From contig NMRA01000321.1 of the NCBI GenBank assembly GCA_002633005.1, forward strand, positions 244,724-308,723: 64,000 nucleotides of DNA. Reading direction: 5' to 3'. Position 1 is the stretch's first letter. Every line of letters starts with the position of its first letter. A program made the position numbers and the translations under genes. This document shows, in pieces, positions 1 to 13,396 of the stretch. The notes under the pieces were generated by a model. That model had not been told where the DNA came from and did no database searches. It saw only the letters and a list, made by a program, of their open reading frames with translations. Source of the DNA: Phoronis australis. Lineage: Eukaryota; Animalia; Phoronida.

Positions 1-46
1 TGCTGGTCAGCACAGGTGTGATTCACTTGAGACAGGCAGCTCGTAC

Positions 47-215
47 CTGGCTGCTCTAAGGTCAAGATTCGTTTTTTTGTGATCCAGTTTCGAGAATTTT
101 TTTTCATCATGATCATTCTTTGATGGAGTTCCTTGAAAAGACGAGGTCCCGAAGTCCCTTGGGGTTGTTTCAAAATGCTTAGTTGAAACATGACCGGTAG
201 TCCAATTTCTGGCGC
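47..215 (-). CDS. Putative internal exon of an unidentified minus-strand gene continuing off the left edge
   Basis: Minus strand reads ccttttccccAG|GCGCCAG...GCAGCCAG|GTacga. The 169 bp are open in two frames. No recognisable homology. Confidence 0.3.
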
Positions 216-2899
216 CTGGGGAAAAGGATAGCGTGTCCCAAAAAATGTACATACTTCCTGAACGCCCGGAATTCCCATTCAGTTGCCGTGGATCACTGAG
301 ATTCTGCGCTGGCCTACTGCAAGGTCACATGATGTTTTTAACATGGTTACGTCAGTCATGGCGTGATAGCAATCAATTCAGTTTTGAAGAACAAAATTTC
401 ATTACTACTGGAAACAAAAAACACCAAGGAACTGCGAAGACAACTTTTCCAAGAAATGGGTTTAATTTCATTTACTTAAGGATTTTTAAAACCCTTTTTA
501 TCTACGGTTTGAGAGTCCAAATTTCATCAGTGTCTTTGAGAGTGATTTCAGATATGCAAAAATTGACGGGGATCGAATTATAGAGTTTTTCCAACTTCAG
601 ACTGCAATTAAATTCACTAAGACATCATCATTTCGAACAAGATCAACTTCTTATTTTCAAAAACCATCTGTGAATCTATCGATTTTTGTAGATTCATGAA
701 CAAGTAAATCAAAAGCAAACAAATTTGTTTATCAAAACGGAATGTTATAAACAATTTCCGCATACACAGGCCCGTAGGAAGGCTGAAATTAATCTATATT
801 ATGGTAATGACCACGGATTTAGATTGTCTATATTTATGTAGCGAGCTACGACAATTAGTATAACCAAAAATAGGAATTAGAGCCTGTACTTCGTCTAGCA
901 AGTAGGTGAGACGAACTCTTTATAGAATATTTTTCTAATTGGATTTGATATGTCTTACAACTTAAAGTTTGTAATGCACCAAGGCCATTCAATGAATGTA
1001 TATTGTGTTCATTGAAATATCTTTAGGCAATCATTAGTTTCATCAGAATGATTAAAATTTGACTTGCGACAATATTACGTAGCGTTTTAAGACACATGTT
1101 CATATTGACCTAATTCAGCATTTAATTCCAAAATTCAATGCGCCAACGCCACGGATATTTTTCAAGTTTGACATGTGTAACAACTAACTACACATGGTTT
1201 CTAGAACGTTCTAATGTTTCAATTTACGTTTAGCAACTGTAAGAGACGAAACTTGATGTAATTGCAGAAATTCAAAATCAGTAATAGAATGGCTGCAGGA
1301 CGGGATTGAACTGGAACCTTCTGGTACAACACTTCTGGGCGGCCGGTGGCACCAGTGGATTATTAATTAAAATGCGTTTGCCTGACTTACTTGAGTGAAT
1401 CTATGTAATATTTCTGATGTTAAAATGTTTAGTGCCGATCATCACGAATTGTTGTGTCGCCTCTCCCTCCCCCCCTCCTTCCCTCCGGAGAGGGTTCCGC
1501 ACGAGACAAATCTTCCTCCATCCTAGCTACATGTACGCCCCTCAGGATGTACTCAGAAGTCCGTGCCCTGACTGTTGCTTACTTCTGTATGCATTATGTT
1601 GTACATTGCTCCTTGCTAGTTCAAAGGCTTAGTTTCCCCCCTCATATTTACCGTCAGTCTTAATGAACTTGTACGTAATACAATAGACACTGTATACTGT
1701 TCGTCTTCTTCATATTTTCTAAACTTAGAATATGTACATGTAATGCTTGTGTAAAAATGTTGCACCTCCAATTTGGTTGATATGAATTCTGATGAGGCTG
1801 ATCATCGTTCACATATATCAGTCTGATTATCGTTTACATCATTATTCTTAGGATCATTTTGGTCAGTGACAAGAATTCGTATAAATTACTAGGGCCGATG
1901 AAAAAACTTATATCTTATATTACACCATTCGTTAATATTAATTCTTATCAACATGTTATAACATGTCATACCATTCGTAGAAATAGTCGAAACTAAACTA
2001 TTTTAAAGAATCATTTGTAATAAATTTGATAACCATAATTGATTGTTTACACCTGTCATGCATCCTCAGAAATAATGCCTGTGTACACTTGTGCACGCGC
2101 AGTTCAGTATAGTGCCTGTGCACACTTGCCGTGCACTCGCAGATATCAATGTATAAAGAGGGACAAATGGAGATATACAGGGTACCCCGAACTGCTCCGC
2201 CGAGAGAGGGCACCGTCTGAAATGGGAGACCTTAAGATGAAAGGCTAAACATCATTAAGCTTGGAAAAAGTGACAGTTAATTCCACCGTCGTGTGGTCCC
2301 AAAACGATGCAGGGAGTGACCTCATTCAACATGAAAGCACTATTTCTCAAAAACAGGAAAATAGAGGTAATCGATTCCAACATTGGGCCCTCTCTCTGTG
2401 AGCGGTCCCTAAGAATTTTTCAATAAAAACACAAAAATGTGTCCACTTGACTGTCATCAATGGCCTCCTTCAAGGGCGGGGCTCCTAAATATGAAAATAT
2501 TTGTATTTTCAAATATCAGGAAATGCGCAGCAATTGTTGTTATCTGTCAGGTCATCAATTTTTCTCAAGTGATATACAGTTTCGAGAAAAAAATAAAGCG
2601 AAAGTTGTCTCCGTTATCCCTTGCCAGAGAGGGGCTTGTAAAAAAAATATATCTTGCATTTTTAAAATTGAATTATTGAATTTAAACATCCAGCAAAATT
2701 AGTACACTCCACAAAAGATTCGCTTTACACATTTTCTCGATTTTTCGAAATATATGTGTGCGTTTAGACCACCTGTGCTGCAAGAACGAAGACCCTCAGG
2801 CTAACGACAATGTCCTGTCCAAGTTCCTCAAAAGGTAAACCATGCACTGATGAAGATATGTTTAATGTTCTCTTGAATTTTCTCTCTTATCCGTTTTTC

Positions 2900-3561
2900 G
2901 CATTCTTTCTTTTCTCGACTGCCCCCGGCACCACGCCTATGTCGGTTGCCACGGTTTAACCTAGACGCCAGAAAAAACTGTTTTGGGGGGCGTGCCCCCC
3001 GTTTCCTGCGGCCCTGGAAATAGCTGATTAGATTCATATGAAACTCTCGTACACTATGCTTTTCCTACTGCACTTTAAAACGATGTTAGGATTAGGAGAT
3101 GAGTTTTAACTGTTGCATGTTTGTATACGGTGCTGTAAACATAGGAATTTTGAGATTTTTATGAAAAATCCAATGTTTTATAAACCGAAAATTAAATAGA
3201 GAACTGTAACGGCATTTTTGAGATTCCATNGCATTCTTTCTTTTCTCGACTGCCCCCGGCACCACGCCTATGTCGGTTGCCACGGTTTAACCTAGACGCC
3301 AGAAAAAAACTGTTTTGGGGAGCGTGCCCCCCGTTTCCTGCGGCCCTGGAAATAGATGATTAGATTCATATGAAACTCTCGTACACTATGCTTTTCCTAC
3401 TGCACTTTAAAACGATGTTAGGATTAGGAGATGAGTTTTAACTGTTGCATGTTTGTATACGGTGCTGTAAACATAGGAATTTTGAGATTTTTATGAACAA
3501 TCCAATGTTTTATAAACCGAAAATTAAATAGAGAACTGTAACGGCATTTTTGAGATTCCAT
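2900..3561. repeat. ~330-bp direct duplication joined by a single N (probable haplotype/contig-overlap artefact)
   Basis: 2900-3229 and 3231-3561 are near identical (a few substitutions/indels) and abut exactly at the N at 3230. Confidence 0.85.
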
Positions 3562-5886
3562 CTTAAATATTGATATCAAATGAAATTTAGTTATATGACT
3601 GATACCCTTGTTTGCTATGTATGTAGTCAATAATCATATTCTACAGACTTTCTGATATCAGAAAATACGTACTTCTATTGAGTTAATTGAATTTATTTAC
3701 CTGTTGTCTAAATACAAAGATGTACTAAGATTTGTCGATGAGGTCCTACATCACCTAAAAGCAGTAGTTACATGTACGTTGCAGGCTAAACAATGCCGTA
3801 TTGGCTTTCAGGTTAATAAATAATTAGTTTCTGGGAATTTGTTAGCGTGATGGCGATTCAAGATGATAGATATTGTGAGACCGTTTTTAGTTGACGGTCT
3901 ACATGTATAGTCGGGTATACAATGTAGTCATTGTACAACTAGGTGGGCACAAGCAGAAAGCCAGCCTACATGTAGTTCAACCATTGACCCTGAAGCTAAC
4001 ATGTGGTCCAACGACCACGCTGCCGACTAGGGTTAGGCTGTAATTACATGTAGATATACTACATGAGTTGAAATCGGTCTATGGCAACTTTTTACCTTCC
4101 TTAAGCAGATAAGTAGATTTCAAACTGAAAATCGGTATCAGGTCTGTTACTAAATTGCAAAAGTGTTTAAACTGTTCAGCCAAGATTCACGGGAATCAAC
4201 AAGTGATCGTTGCTAGTGACGTGTTGACGATACTTGATAATAAAATCCAATTTGCAACTGTTACTTTGCGACCAAGCTTTGTTCAATAACATTATTTTAT
4301 TTTTATTATTTTAAGTCTTAGAAATACGTGACAAGGGGTATTATGTGAATGGGTACTTAAATATACTGCACTGTAAATACAATGCATTTGTATGTAACAT
4401 TGTAAATTTAAATTGCAAATAACGAAAAATATCGACATCTGATTGTCGTTTTCTGAACTTCTAAGAGGCTTTAAATAAATGAAGACATTCCTCAGCGTAC
4501 TTCTGAGAATTGGAGAGAATCTGTGGTGTGTAGAAACTAAAGGAATAACAATTTTCCAAAACATAATTATGTTTATCATTAAGTATTATAGATGTATTGC
4601 CAGAAAATGGAAAGCTGTCGATGAGGATATTGGAACGTAATCCTTTTACGGTCGAAGAAACGCATTTTTGAGATGTTTTTATCATAGATGGGATAGACTT
4701 CTCGAAAAGCTTGATTTCGTTATTACGAACAGAAAATTCTCGCTGTTGTCTCACCTACGTGTTCATGTATTCGCCAAAATCACGACTCCGCCAGCAAGGC
4801 GTTGGACTGAGATTTGGAATTCGATTCCGCGTTGAGACAGGTTTACTAAAACCACGCTCCTCACCAATAATGTCAATTTAAAATCGACGAATAGGCCAAC
4901 ACAAAAAACATCATATAAACAGAAAGCTGGGGATTAGTGTCCGGATATGTTCAACCGAGACTAGTTGACTCTAAGCCATTTATTTACTGATAACAAGTAT
5001 CATTCTGTCAATAGGCTTACTACCTGTATGAATCGATCTAAGTTAGAAGAAACTACTTTCAATTAATATTTAATGGGGTCTACAGGCCTGCGTTGTTAAC
5101 CCACTTCAAGGGATTTTGTTTGTTATCGATATATTATTTCCAAATTCAAATAACATTTCCCATACAGAGTGAATTTATACACGTCGCTTAAAAACCGGCA
5201 GACTATTTGAACGGTGTGCATGCAAATCTATACATGTACAGTAAGACGAAATAATGATATATCAATTGACTCACTCCGAGCCATTTAATCCTTTATCGCC
5301 TACTAATACTCACTTGTAAATCGTATCTGAAAACGCGCTCTACAAACGGTACGTTCCCAATCTCTGTAAACACCAATCTATAACGAAACTGTCGGTGTTA
5401 AGATATGACCATTATATTACAGGTGCAGTACAAACATGCGATCAGGTTTATCATTTTGCCTGAATAAGTTTAGCAAAACACGTCGTATAATTTGATATCG
5501 TGAAGGAAAGCAAGTCGTACGCATGGCTATGTAAAGTGGCCATCTCTGTTATTGCTGTCTGGTCGGCAGAAAAGAGTTAAGGTAATATCGTTTATACCTG
5601 TATTTGTAGAAATGAGTTCTGATTTTTAAAGTTACTATTCCGCAACAATACAAAGTTTTGCAATTGAGCAATTCGGCAGGGTAAAATTCAGATATGAAAT
5701 CTGCTTTGCAACGAACGCCGCTGAGGAAGGTACCGGTAATCGTATCATTTTATGATTTGCATGTGACTTAGGCGATTTGAAAATATATTCATTGCCAAGC
5801 TATGTAGTAATTTCTTAATGAACATCGAGTTTGGCGAAAGACGTATGCACCAGCGTGCTTTTGTTGGAAAATAACTACGTGTACAA

Positions 5887-5887
<1 letters not shown>

Positions 5888-5946
<59 letters not shown>

Positions 5947-6015
5947 GTATGTCTATGTATGTGCATATGTATATGCATATGTATATGTATATGTATATGT
6001 ATATTTATATGTATA
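5888..6015. repeat. Compound microsatellite (CA)n followed by (TATATG/TATGTG)n
   Basis: Directly visible. Confidence 0.95.
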
Positions 6016-6048
6016 CATTTGTAACGTAGATACAAATCCCTGCATGCA

Positions 6049-6396
6049 CAGGGTGCCCTAAATATGAATTCACACTTCAGTACAACGCCAGTTGAAATTC
6101 AGTTCGTGGATCAGACTGTACTGTATGGTTCTACCGTGCACGTGCGTGAGTCGTCTCGAGCTCTGTATCCAAGGAATGGCTAAAAAACTAATTAGTTTTG
6201 AATAACGAATATTTGTCGCGCTTTGCTAGTGGAGATGCATAAAAAAGAGAAAATCCTTCTCCCGAGTTTATAACCAAGAAATTATTTTGGTTTCGGTCAA
6301 CTCTCCATGAAACCAAACCAGTAATCTTAATGTCGTGTCAATAAACAAGGCAGATATTGTCATTTAACATGCGAGTATATTTTTGGGACACCCTAT
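6049..6396. mobile_element. Tc1/mariner-like MITE in the intron upstream of the BTB-NPH3 coding exon
   Basis: Imperfect TIRs CAGGGTGCCCTAAA ... TTTTGGGACACCCT. Related ends occur near 229 and 61325. Confidence 0.45.
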
Positions 6397-6490
6397 GTAA
6401 CGAAGGGAACCAACTTAGGGGCTGCAACTGCTGCATATTCCTTCAACATTGCTCCTTATTTTTAATGCCGTTTACCATGCAGGTATTGCC

Positions 6491-7685
6491 ATGTCGGAAA
6501 GGGATTATTCGGACTTCAGAGAGAGCGGAGTTCTGTCGGACTTCACCGTAACTGTGGATGGAAAGGAGTTCAAACTTCACAAGTTTCCCTTGTATACGAG
6601 ATCAGAATATTTCGGGGATATTGTAAGAGGACATAAAAACGACATTGAATTGACTGACTTCCCGGGCGGCTCCGAAATATTCGGTCTCGTAGCAGATTTT
6701 TGTTACAATGTCGACATACATTTGACAACAGAAAATTGCGTACCACTTCGTTGTGCAGCAGAAGTCCTGGGGATGAGGCAAGGCAAAAACTTGGTGCAGA
6801 TTACTGACAGATATATCCAAGACGTACTATCTGCAGCAAACGTGAACGAGGATATTGACGTAGTAGCCAGCATTCTGCGGATATGCGCATTAAACGGTCA
6901 AATTGCAGACGACGTGGACATTGTTACCAAGTGCATCGATACATGTGTTGAAATTTGGTTACGTAGAAAGCACAACAAACTGTACACACGATTTGCACGC
7001 ACTGACATCAAACAGTCTAACAACTGTGTGGAAATCATGTGTAATTTGCCGTTAGATTATTTCGTAAAATTTTTAAGAGTAGCCCGTTACCGTGATGTAC
7101 GATCGCCAATTTTAACTGACCTAGTGCAAAAGTACTTGACCATCAACGTTGAGAAATATTATTTTGAAGATTCGACCGGAAAAACACAAATAACAGGCGA
7201 TGTAAGCAAGAAAGAAGAGGCAGATAACAAGGAGGATGATAGGCGCGTTACTGCTGAGTGGGGTCAAAATGAAAGACATAACGAATTAAAAAGCATCATC
7301 GATCGAATTCTCAGTGAGGTTCCAGAGGACCCACAATTCTTTAGTTCCGTGTCACCCGAATGGTTAACGGAAATGATTCGTATGACCTGTGACCTTAAGT
7401 GTAAGAACAGAAGCGTCCTCCTTCGGGCTGCTGCAGGAATTTTACATCGACTAGGCCCCGAAGACTTGGCTTGCTTACCGGCATCGACAGTTCACGACGC
7501 CATCAAAGAAAGCACGAGCAAGCCCAATACCTTGTGTGGTATTGCAGATTCGTATTTGATGGGTTTGGCAAAACAGGGCAAGCTAGATTACGATACGTTT
7601 ATCAAGTTGGCTACAGTTATTCCTATGAAAGAACGGGACTCGTGTGACAAGCTACTGCAGACGCTTGAAGTACTATTGGAGAAAG
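6491..7685 (+). CDS. BTB/POZ + NPH3-like (NRL-type) protein, first coding exon
   Basis: Acceptor ttaccatgcAG at 6482, ATG 6491, donor AAAG|GTATGT (phase 1). BTB motifs SDFTVTVDGKEFKLHKFPL, DFPGGSEIFGLVADFCY, ENCVPLRCAAEVLGM. C-terminal FIKLATVIPMKERDSCDKLLQTLEVLL resembles the NPH3 domain. Confidence 0.92.
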
Positions 7686-7940
7686 GTATGTTTTAATTTC
7701 GCAACGATTTTATTCTAATGCAAACAGGTGTGCTATTCAAATTACATTACGTTAGTCCTGCATGTGAAGCCCACTGCCGAAGTCTTGCTTAAGTATCCAG
7801 TACATACTAAGCAGAATTGAAAGAGAACACGTTTTTAAAACCTGACGTAGCCCTTAACCCCAAAATAACTTCATCTATATTTTTATAATATTACCTTCAC
7901 TATCGATGCTTTGTAAAAACTAACGACACACTTTGTTTAG

Positions 7941-8103
7941 GACAAAACAGGATCAGCAATAGCGAAGACGAAAATAAATGGATAACAGCACTGGATATCA
8001 TCGACAGCTCTAAACTTCACGAAGACGTCCTGACTAAGTCCCTAGAGGCAGAGGTCGTTCCGTCCTCTTACATAACCAGCGCCGCATTATCGTTGTGTCG
8101 CAG
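7941..8103 (+). CDS. BTB-NPH3-like protein, coding exon 2
   Basis: ctttgtttAG acceptor, phase 1 in and phase 2 out, donor CAG|GTAAAG. Open frame GQNRISNSEDENKWITALDIIDSSKLHEDVLTKSLEAEVVPSSYITSAALSLCR, comparable to the NPH3 MDCxKLSxE motif. Confidence 0.85.
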
Positions 8104-8185
8104 GTAAAGAAAAACGCACCTTAACAAGATCATATCTCAACTGTAAAGGAAGTTACAGGTAGAAAGGCGGATACGATTAGAGTTT

Positions 8186-8341
8186 CAGTGGCCGATTTAA
8201 GGGGGGCAAGGGACCATCCTCCCCCTAAAATCATCCTAGATTCCATTTGGCAGTACGAGTAGGCGTATGTCTGCCACGGTCAAAATCCTAGCTAATAATC
8301 TGCCCTGACCTCCTTAACTCAAAATCCTGGATCCCTCCCTG
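8186..8341. mobile_element. hAT-like MITE with 5-bp TSD (AGTTT), intronic
   Basis: AGTTT|CAGTGGCCGATTTAAGGGG ... GGATCCCTCCCTG|AGTTT. Confidence 0.75.
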
Positions 8342-8684
8342 AGTTTAACCAGTTCTTATACATGGTTTAGCACTATGTGTAAAACAGACTACTGATGAGG
8401 TTTTATTTGTGTGCAAGAAGGTCTCAATCCCATAAATCGCATACAGTGTACTTATTTCTAGTTCACCGGAGGCCCGGTCCCTGTATTTCGCGATCTTGGA
8501 CAAAAACAAAACTGCTCCCGTGTAAAAGTGGAGATGGATCGTATGGTACATTTACATGTCATCAATTTTGTCATGTGATAACTTGAGCCTTTCACCCAAT
8601 AGAGGACTCTGTACAAACTGTAATCTTGGGGCGGCTAGTGAATGTCGTAAATGGGCAAATCTTTAGCTAATTCTTGTATTTTAG

Positions 8685-8839
8685 ATTACGGTCTGAATTA
8701 GAGGATGCTAAATCGGTTATATGCATACAAGAGGCAGACATTCGACAGAGCCGGCAGGAACGCACACATCGAACCTTACAAAAGACCTATCAACCCGCAT
8801 CCAAATCAACAACGTGGAAGTCTGGTTTACGGGTACCTG
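8685..8839 (+). CDS. BTB-NPH3-like protein, coding exon 3 (coiled coil)
   Basis: ttcttgtattttAG acceptor, phase 2 compatible. Reads RLRSELEDAKSVICIQEADIRQSRQER. Donor CCTG|GTAACT. Confidence 0.8.
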
Positions 8840-9323
8840 GTAACTACCTCTATATGTACTTTTGTCTAAGAACTGACTTCTGCGAAGTCTTTGGTGTAGG
8901 CTACTATGTTTTGGTATCCATTATTAAATTTATCTCATCTTCCTTATCGCGGATATGACTGTTATGGACTTCCGCGAATGTTTCATAATATCTAAACTTG
9001 AATATTTTGTGACTATGTTGTTTCTTTGCACATGTGTGTGATTCTTCAAATGTAATTCGCCTCAATGAAAAAAGAAATAGCGAATAACAGATGTAATGAA
9101 GTGGCGGACATACATGTACATGTAGGGTGCGACAAAGGAGTATTATATATGTATTCTTGGAACAAAGTTTTCCGTGATGTCTATAGGAAGCTGAATATCT
9201 TGGGGCCTCATCTCGCTGAACAGTTGAGATTGGCAAGTAATCCAAAAAACAGTTGTTTCGTTTACTGATGACCTACATCTACGTACCGGCCAGTCAGGAT
9301 TATAAACACATCTTCTGTTACAG

Positions 9324-9445
9324 TCACCTCACACAGAAAGAGCTTGACTGTTCCAATCACAACTTCGCCATACACGAGTGATTCAAGTGACGCGTTGGAC
9401 TACGAATTAGCTGGCTGGAAGACTAGCGAATCTATGAAGAACTAG
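9324..9445 (+). CDS. BTB-NPH3-like protein, terminal coding exon
   Basis: tcttctgttacAG acceptor, phase 1. Reads VTSHRKSLTVPITTSPYTSDSSDALDYELAGWKTSESMKN*. Spliced CDS is 1635 nt (544 aa). Candidate AATAAA at 10484. Confidence 0.7.
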
Positions 9446-9694
9446 TCAGCAGGCAGCAGGAGGATGCAGAAAATGTATCTGTAAGGTGGCGATTACTGCA
9501 TCACGTACATATATGATTTTTCATGTAGGTTCAAGTGCTTCTCTGTACAAAAATCTTCTGTAAATAATTGCGTACGTGTACGGCAATGTGCACTTTGTAT
9601 CTAATCCTTATAATCATAACGTGTGCTTCAGACCACAGGCCTCCTTAATTTCTGATCCTCCCCAATATATACACACTATAATACTAAAAAGTCT

Positions 9695-9870
9695 GACACT
9701 CGGGATAAGAATTCCACGGGTGTTTCATTTCAGCCGTCCTTATCAAACACAAATCTCAACAAATCAGGAGAAATTGTTCTTTCTCCTGATAGCATTTGCA
9801 GCGTCCTGCTATAGCGAGTGCGCAACAAATTCGCGATAAAAACATAAAATCTTCCCAAAAAGCCGGGGAA
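9695..9870. mobile_element. Partial copy of the foldback/MITE family at 13397-13830, in the probable 3' UTR
   Basis: Shares AATTCCACGGGTG...GAGAAATTGTTCTTTCT...TTCCCAAAAAGCC with 13405-13565. Confidence 0.65.
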
Positions 9871-12360
9871 GATAAGAAGCTGAAGACACCTGTGCTTTAG
9901 ACTAGGAGACATTCTCAATACATCCTTTTAGCATAGCGAGAGCATGAAAGCGTTTTTTTTTTCCGGGCCCAATTTCTAATTCTAGTGAGCAAAGCGGGAC
10001 GGGTTTACAAGGACAAAACGCAATATTTTACATGCAATGTATTTCACTTTGCATCATTTTGAATATCCCATTGCATAGTAGCGGCAGTTTGATGGTATGG
10101 TGGTTTCAAAAAATTTAGAAACGATGGGAAATATGCCGCTGCATTATAGGCACAAACTAGCCTATCGTTATATGTATCTACCGACAAGGAGTGTTTCGTC
10201 ATACAATCGCCGCTAAACCGAAAAACAGCTTTCGTGAATAACGCCAAAACAGTGTCTGGTCCCAGCATACATGCACATCCACACGTGCAAGCGTGCAGCT
10301 GAAGTAGCGGGTGTCCGGCCTCAGTTGTACAAGCACATTTGTGCGTGGTAATTCATAGTTTTTTGTTTCTCCGTGTGAATTTTGTTAACCAAGAGACTGG
10401 AAAGTTCTGAGTTTCACTTTAAATATCATACATGTAAGTTTTATTTTTGTTTTAATTTCGCCAGCCTTGTGTGTGCGTCTTTGAATAAAATAATCTCCAG
10501 TAACGTAATGCTTTATGTTCTATTATTTTTTTCAGTATAATTCGGTGCATTTGAAAAACCATTTTGTAAAAGAAAGCAGTAACAATGAGGATTTGATTAT
10601 AACCTCTGGCCTTTAGTTTTAGCGTTTCACCTCTTGTGCAGTGACTCTTGCACGCGGGATTTTGTAGGCAAACAGTAATTGTAATGTTTTACATGGGATG
10701 CTGTAATGAAACGTACCTAGAGTTATAATAGAAACATCATTTTCTCCGTACATATGTCCGTCGCAAAACTATACAGATTATTGAATTGGGACATTTAATA
10801 ACTTCACTTAAAAATCCACAACAGATTAATGCTGTTAGTGGTAAATTTAAAGGTACATTTATGTGCACATGTACATGTATACGCTCAAATCCTAGCGTAT
10901 CATTTCGTGTGTCTACGCGCTATTACACCTCAATTTACAACATGTAAACTCTACATATACATTAAAAATTAAAAAGGTGGCGTACCGCGTCAACGGGCGT
11001 CTACACTCCACTACGCTATTGCAAAGGAGAACGATCTCGTGAACTACGTTCATGCGTGTCCCCAACTCCACCACAAGTAGCATGGAAATTATTTCCTTTC
11101 AAAAGTCCCAGAGTCAACGACACACACAAATCCCTTGCACAAAACGTAGGGTCTGCATCATGGTGTTGATACAATTCATTGTGGGATCATGGAGTAAAAT
11201 TTGCGGACCAGGTCATAGATCAGGGTGCGTTAAAGAAACATGTGTCTGTGGGCCCATTAACCCACAGGGCCTCAAATCAATGGGCCAATTTTGAAGCCTG
11301 TGGGTCAACAATTTGTGTCTGCCGTTTAATATGCTTTAGCGAGGTTTTCCTACATTGTCTGCACGCATTAGCTTTGATTTTGCTCGAGGTTTAACCATGT
11401 TTAGTAATCTATAAAGCTACGTGTTCCCTTCTTCTTCTTTCTTATGGAAATCTAACCTACGGATATTTTGTGTTTATGCCTTCCTTACAATTAAATCACA
11501 AGGCATTTAATAAATGTTCTGTTGACACTGTACCTTCATACATATTAAAATTGGCTGGTTTTCATAATTACTCGAGGGATAAGACAAAAACAACGCAAGA
11601 TTGGACATACGTTTTTGTAAATAATTGTTTAGTGACCACCATGACTGGTTCCAAGTTTTCAACTTCACCATTTTCCTAATACAAAAAGATGGTGGAAAAA
11701 TTTTATTGGGCGTATTACTCTTCCTGTCCGAGGGGCATTGAACTTTTTGCCTACGAATCCTGCTCCTCCATGAACCCGGTCCAACATCATTTGAAGACAT
11801 GCGGACAATACAGAGTCAGGTACTTGATACGTTAAAAGAGGTGTGTATTAGACTCCATTTGCTGGAAAACAACACAAAGTGTGAGACGTGTGTTCCGCAC
11901 AAGCTGCTGTATTCCAGATTCCGGGACCACTGCGCTCTCTCTTTGCCCGCAATCTGTTCGAACAGCAATCAACTCTACGATCTACCATGATGGGACTAAA
12001 ACAAAGATAATTTGATTGAGGACTTTGCTCGCTACAGCTAAAAACGTGAAACGTACATTCATGAATATATGTGTACATGTAAATTTGAGTTATGGTAATA
12101 AAAACGTATGTAAATTATGTACTTCGTGGTATTACCATCATCGCTTCTGTGTAAGGCAAAATAACTATAAAAAATGGGCGTTCGACAAAAATGAATTGCG
12201 ATATTTAAGAACAAAAAGTTGGATGGCTAGAACAAATAATACTTAACAATCACTGATAACAGCACAGCTTTTTACGTGATAATTTTTGTTTCCTAACTCA
12301 TGTATTATTAACAGGGCAACTTCCCATCTAGTTCAGTTAAACACATCGAAAGCTGCCTCC

Positions 12361-12501
12361 CGTTCAGTAACGCTAGGCCCTCGCTAAAAACCAAGACTTC
12401 GCGAGATTACGTGAGTAATTGCCGTGCATTTTAAATGAGAACACGTGACTTTGACTAGGTTTTAGCTAGGTCCTAGCGTAAGTCCTAGCGTCTACTGAAC
12501 G
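12361..12501. mobile_element. Small MITE; inverted copy at ~37825-37945
   Basis: TIR CGTTCAGTAACGCTAGG ... CCTAGCGTCTACTGAACG. Internal TCGCGAGATTACGTG is shared with the reverse complement near 37895-37910. Confidence 0.65.
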
Positions 12502-12871
12502 CACGCCTGATTTCCGTACACTAGGTGGCGCTCGTGCGAAGCTGCCCTGTAACCATTCAGGGCATGCTTTGAAATCCGATTTCGTACGCTGTGAAGGTGT
12601 ATTGGTACTCGACGGGACGTTGTTTGTGGTAAGTAGGCCTGCGCCGCTGCGACTAACAACCCAAGTGTTTGTATTATTGCACCTACAAGAATATAGTGCA
12701 CCTTCGGACTACTGCCATGTATCCTTTTTCTATCCATTTTTTTCTTTGGTGACATCTTTCAGGCGCATAATTTCGTCAGCTATTTCTGTTTGCGGCAACG
12801 ATTGGTCTAGATGCAAACAAGCAATGATGTGTCTCCAAAATTTCAATATTTATTTCTGTAGCATGTTATAA

Positions 12872-13330
12872 CATAGGCGGATTTACGGGGGGGAGGCAGG
12901 AGGCCCGTCCTCCCCCCCGACTTGGCTGCCGCAAAAAATAAAACAGCAAGACGGCGTAGGGAAATGTTGAGTTTATTAATTAAACCCGGTAATTAACATT
13001 ATACGGCTGAAACAAGATTTAAACTTGTGAAGTTTTAGTGTGTTTGGGTGAGGACGGGGCTCAGATACAATTTCACGGCGCAATCGTAACGGAACTATAT
13101 CTAAGTATGTAGGCTCTCCTGCGATATCCCAGAAAACCGGCAGTGGCGCTGCGCACTACGACTCCGTTTCCGTCGTCTGCTTCATTGTGCAATGAAGAAA
13201 AATTTACTTCATTTTTTAAAGAAAATGGAATCTGAGCGACGATGAAAAAACAGAAGCTGCTGGTAAGATGTGAATTTTAATCGAAGCCTTATGAATCACT
13301 CAGAAACTCAGAATTCTCTCTTTGTCAAAA
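12872..13330 (+). mobile_element. Truncated hAT-like non-autonomous element (CATAGGCGGATTT end)
   Basis: Homologous over ~430 bp to the reverse complement of 52315-52742. Confidence 0.75.
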
Positions 13331-13396
13331 CCACAGGCGTACTCGGCTTCTGGTCGCGTCCCCAATACACTACGTATAATTCTACAAGGTGTAACA

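Noticed and set aside
767-3016. Inverted CAGGSCCGYAGGAA ends suggesting one 2.2-kb element
   Set aside because: No TSD and the interior is heterogeneous. Probably ends of separate MITEs.
2900-3561. Apparent recent 330-bp tandem duplication
   Set aside because: The copies abut at a single N and differ like alleles, so a scaffolding artefact is most likely.
5745-6061. His/Thr and Val/Cys-rich ORFs
   Set aside because: Translations of microsatellites.
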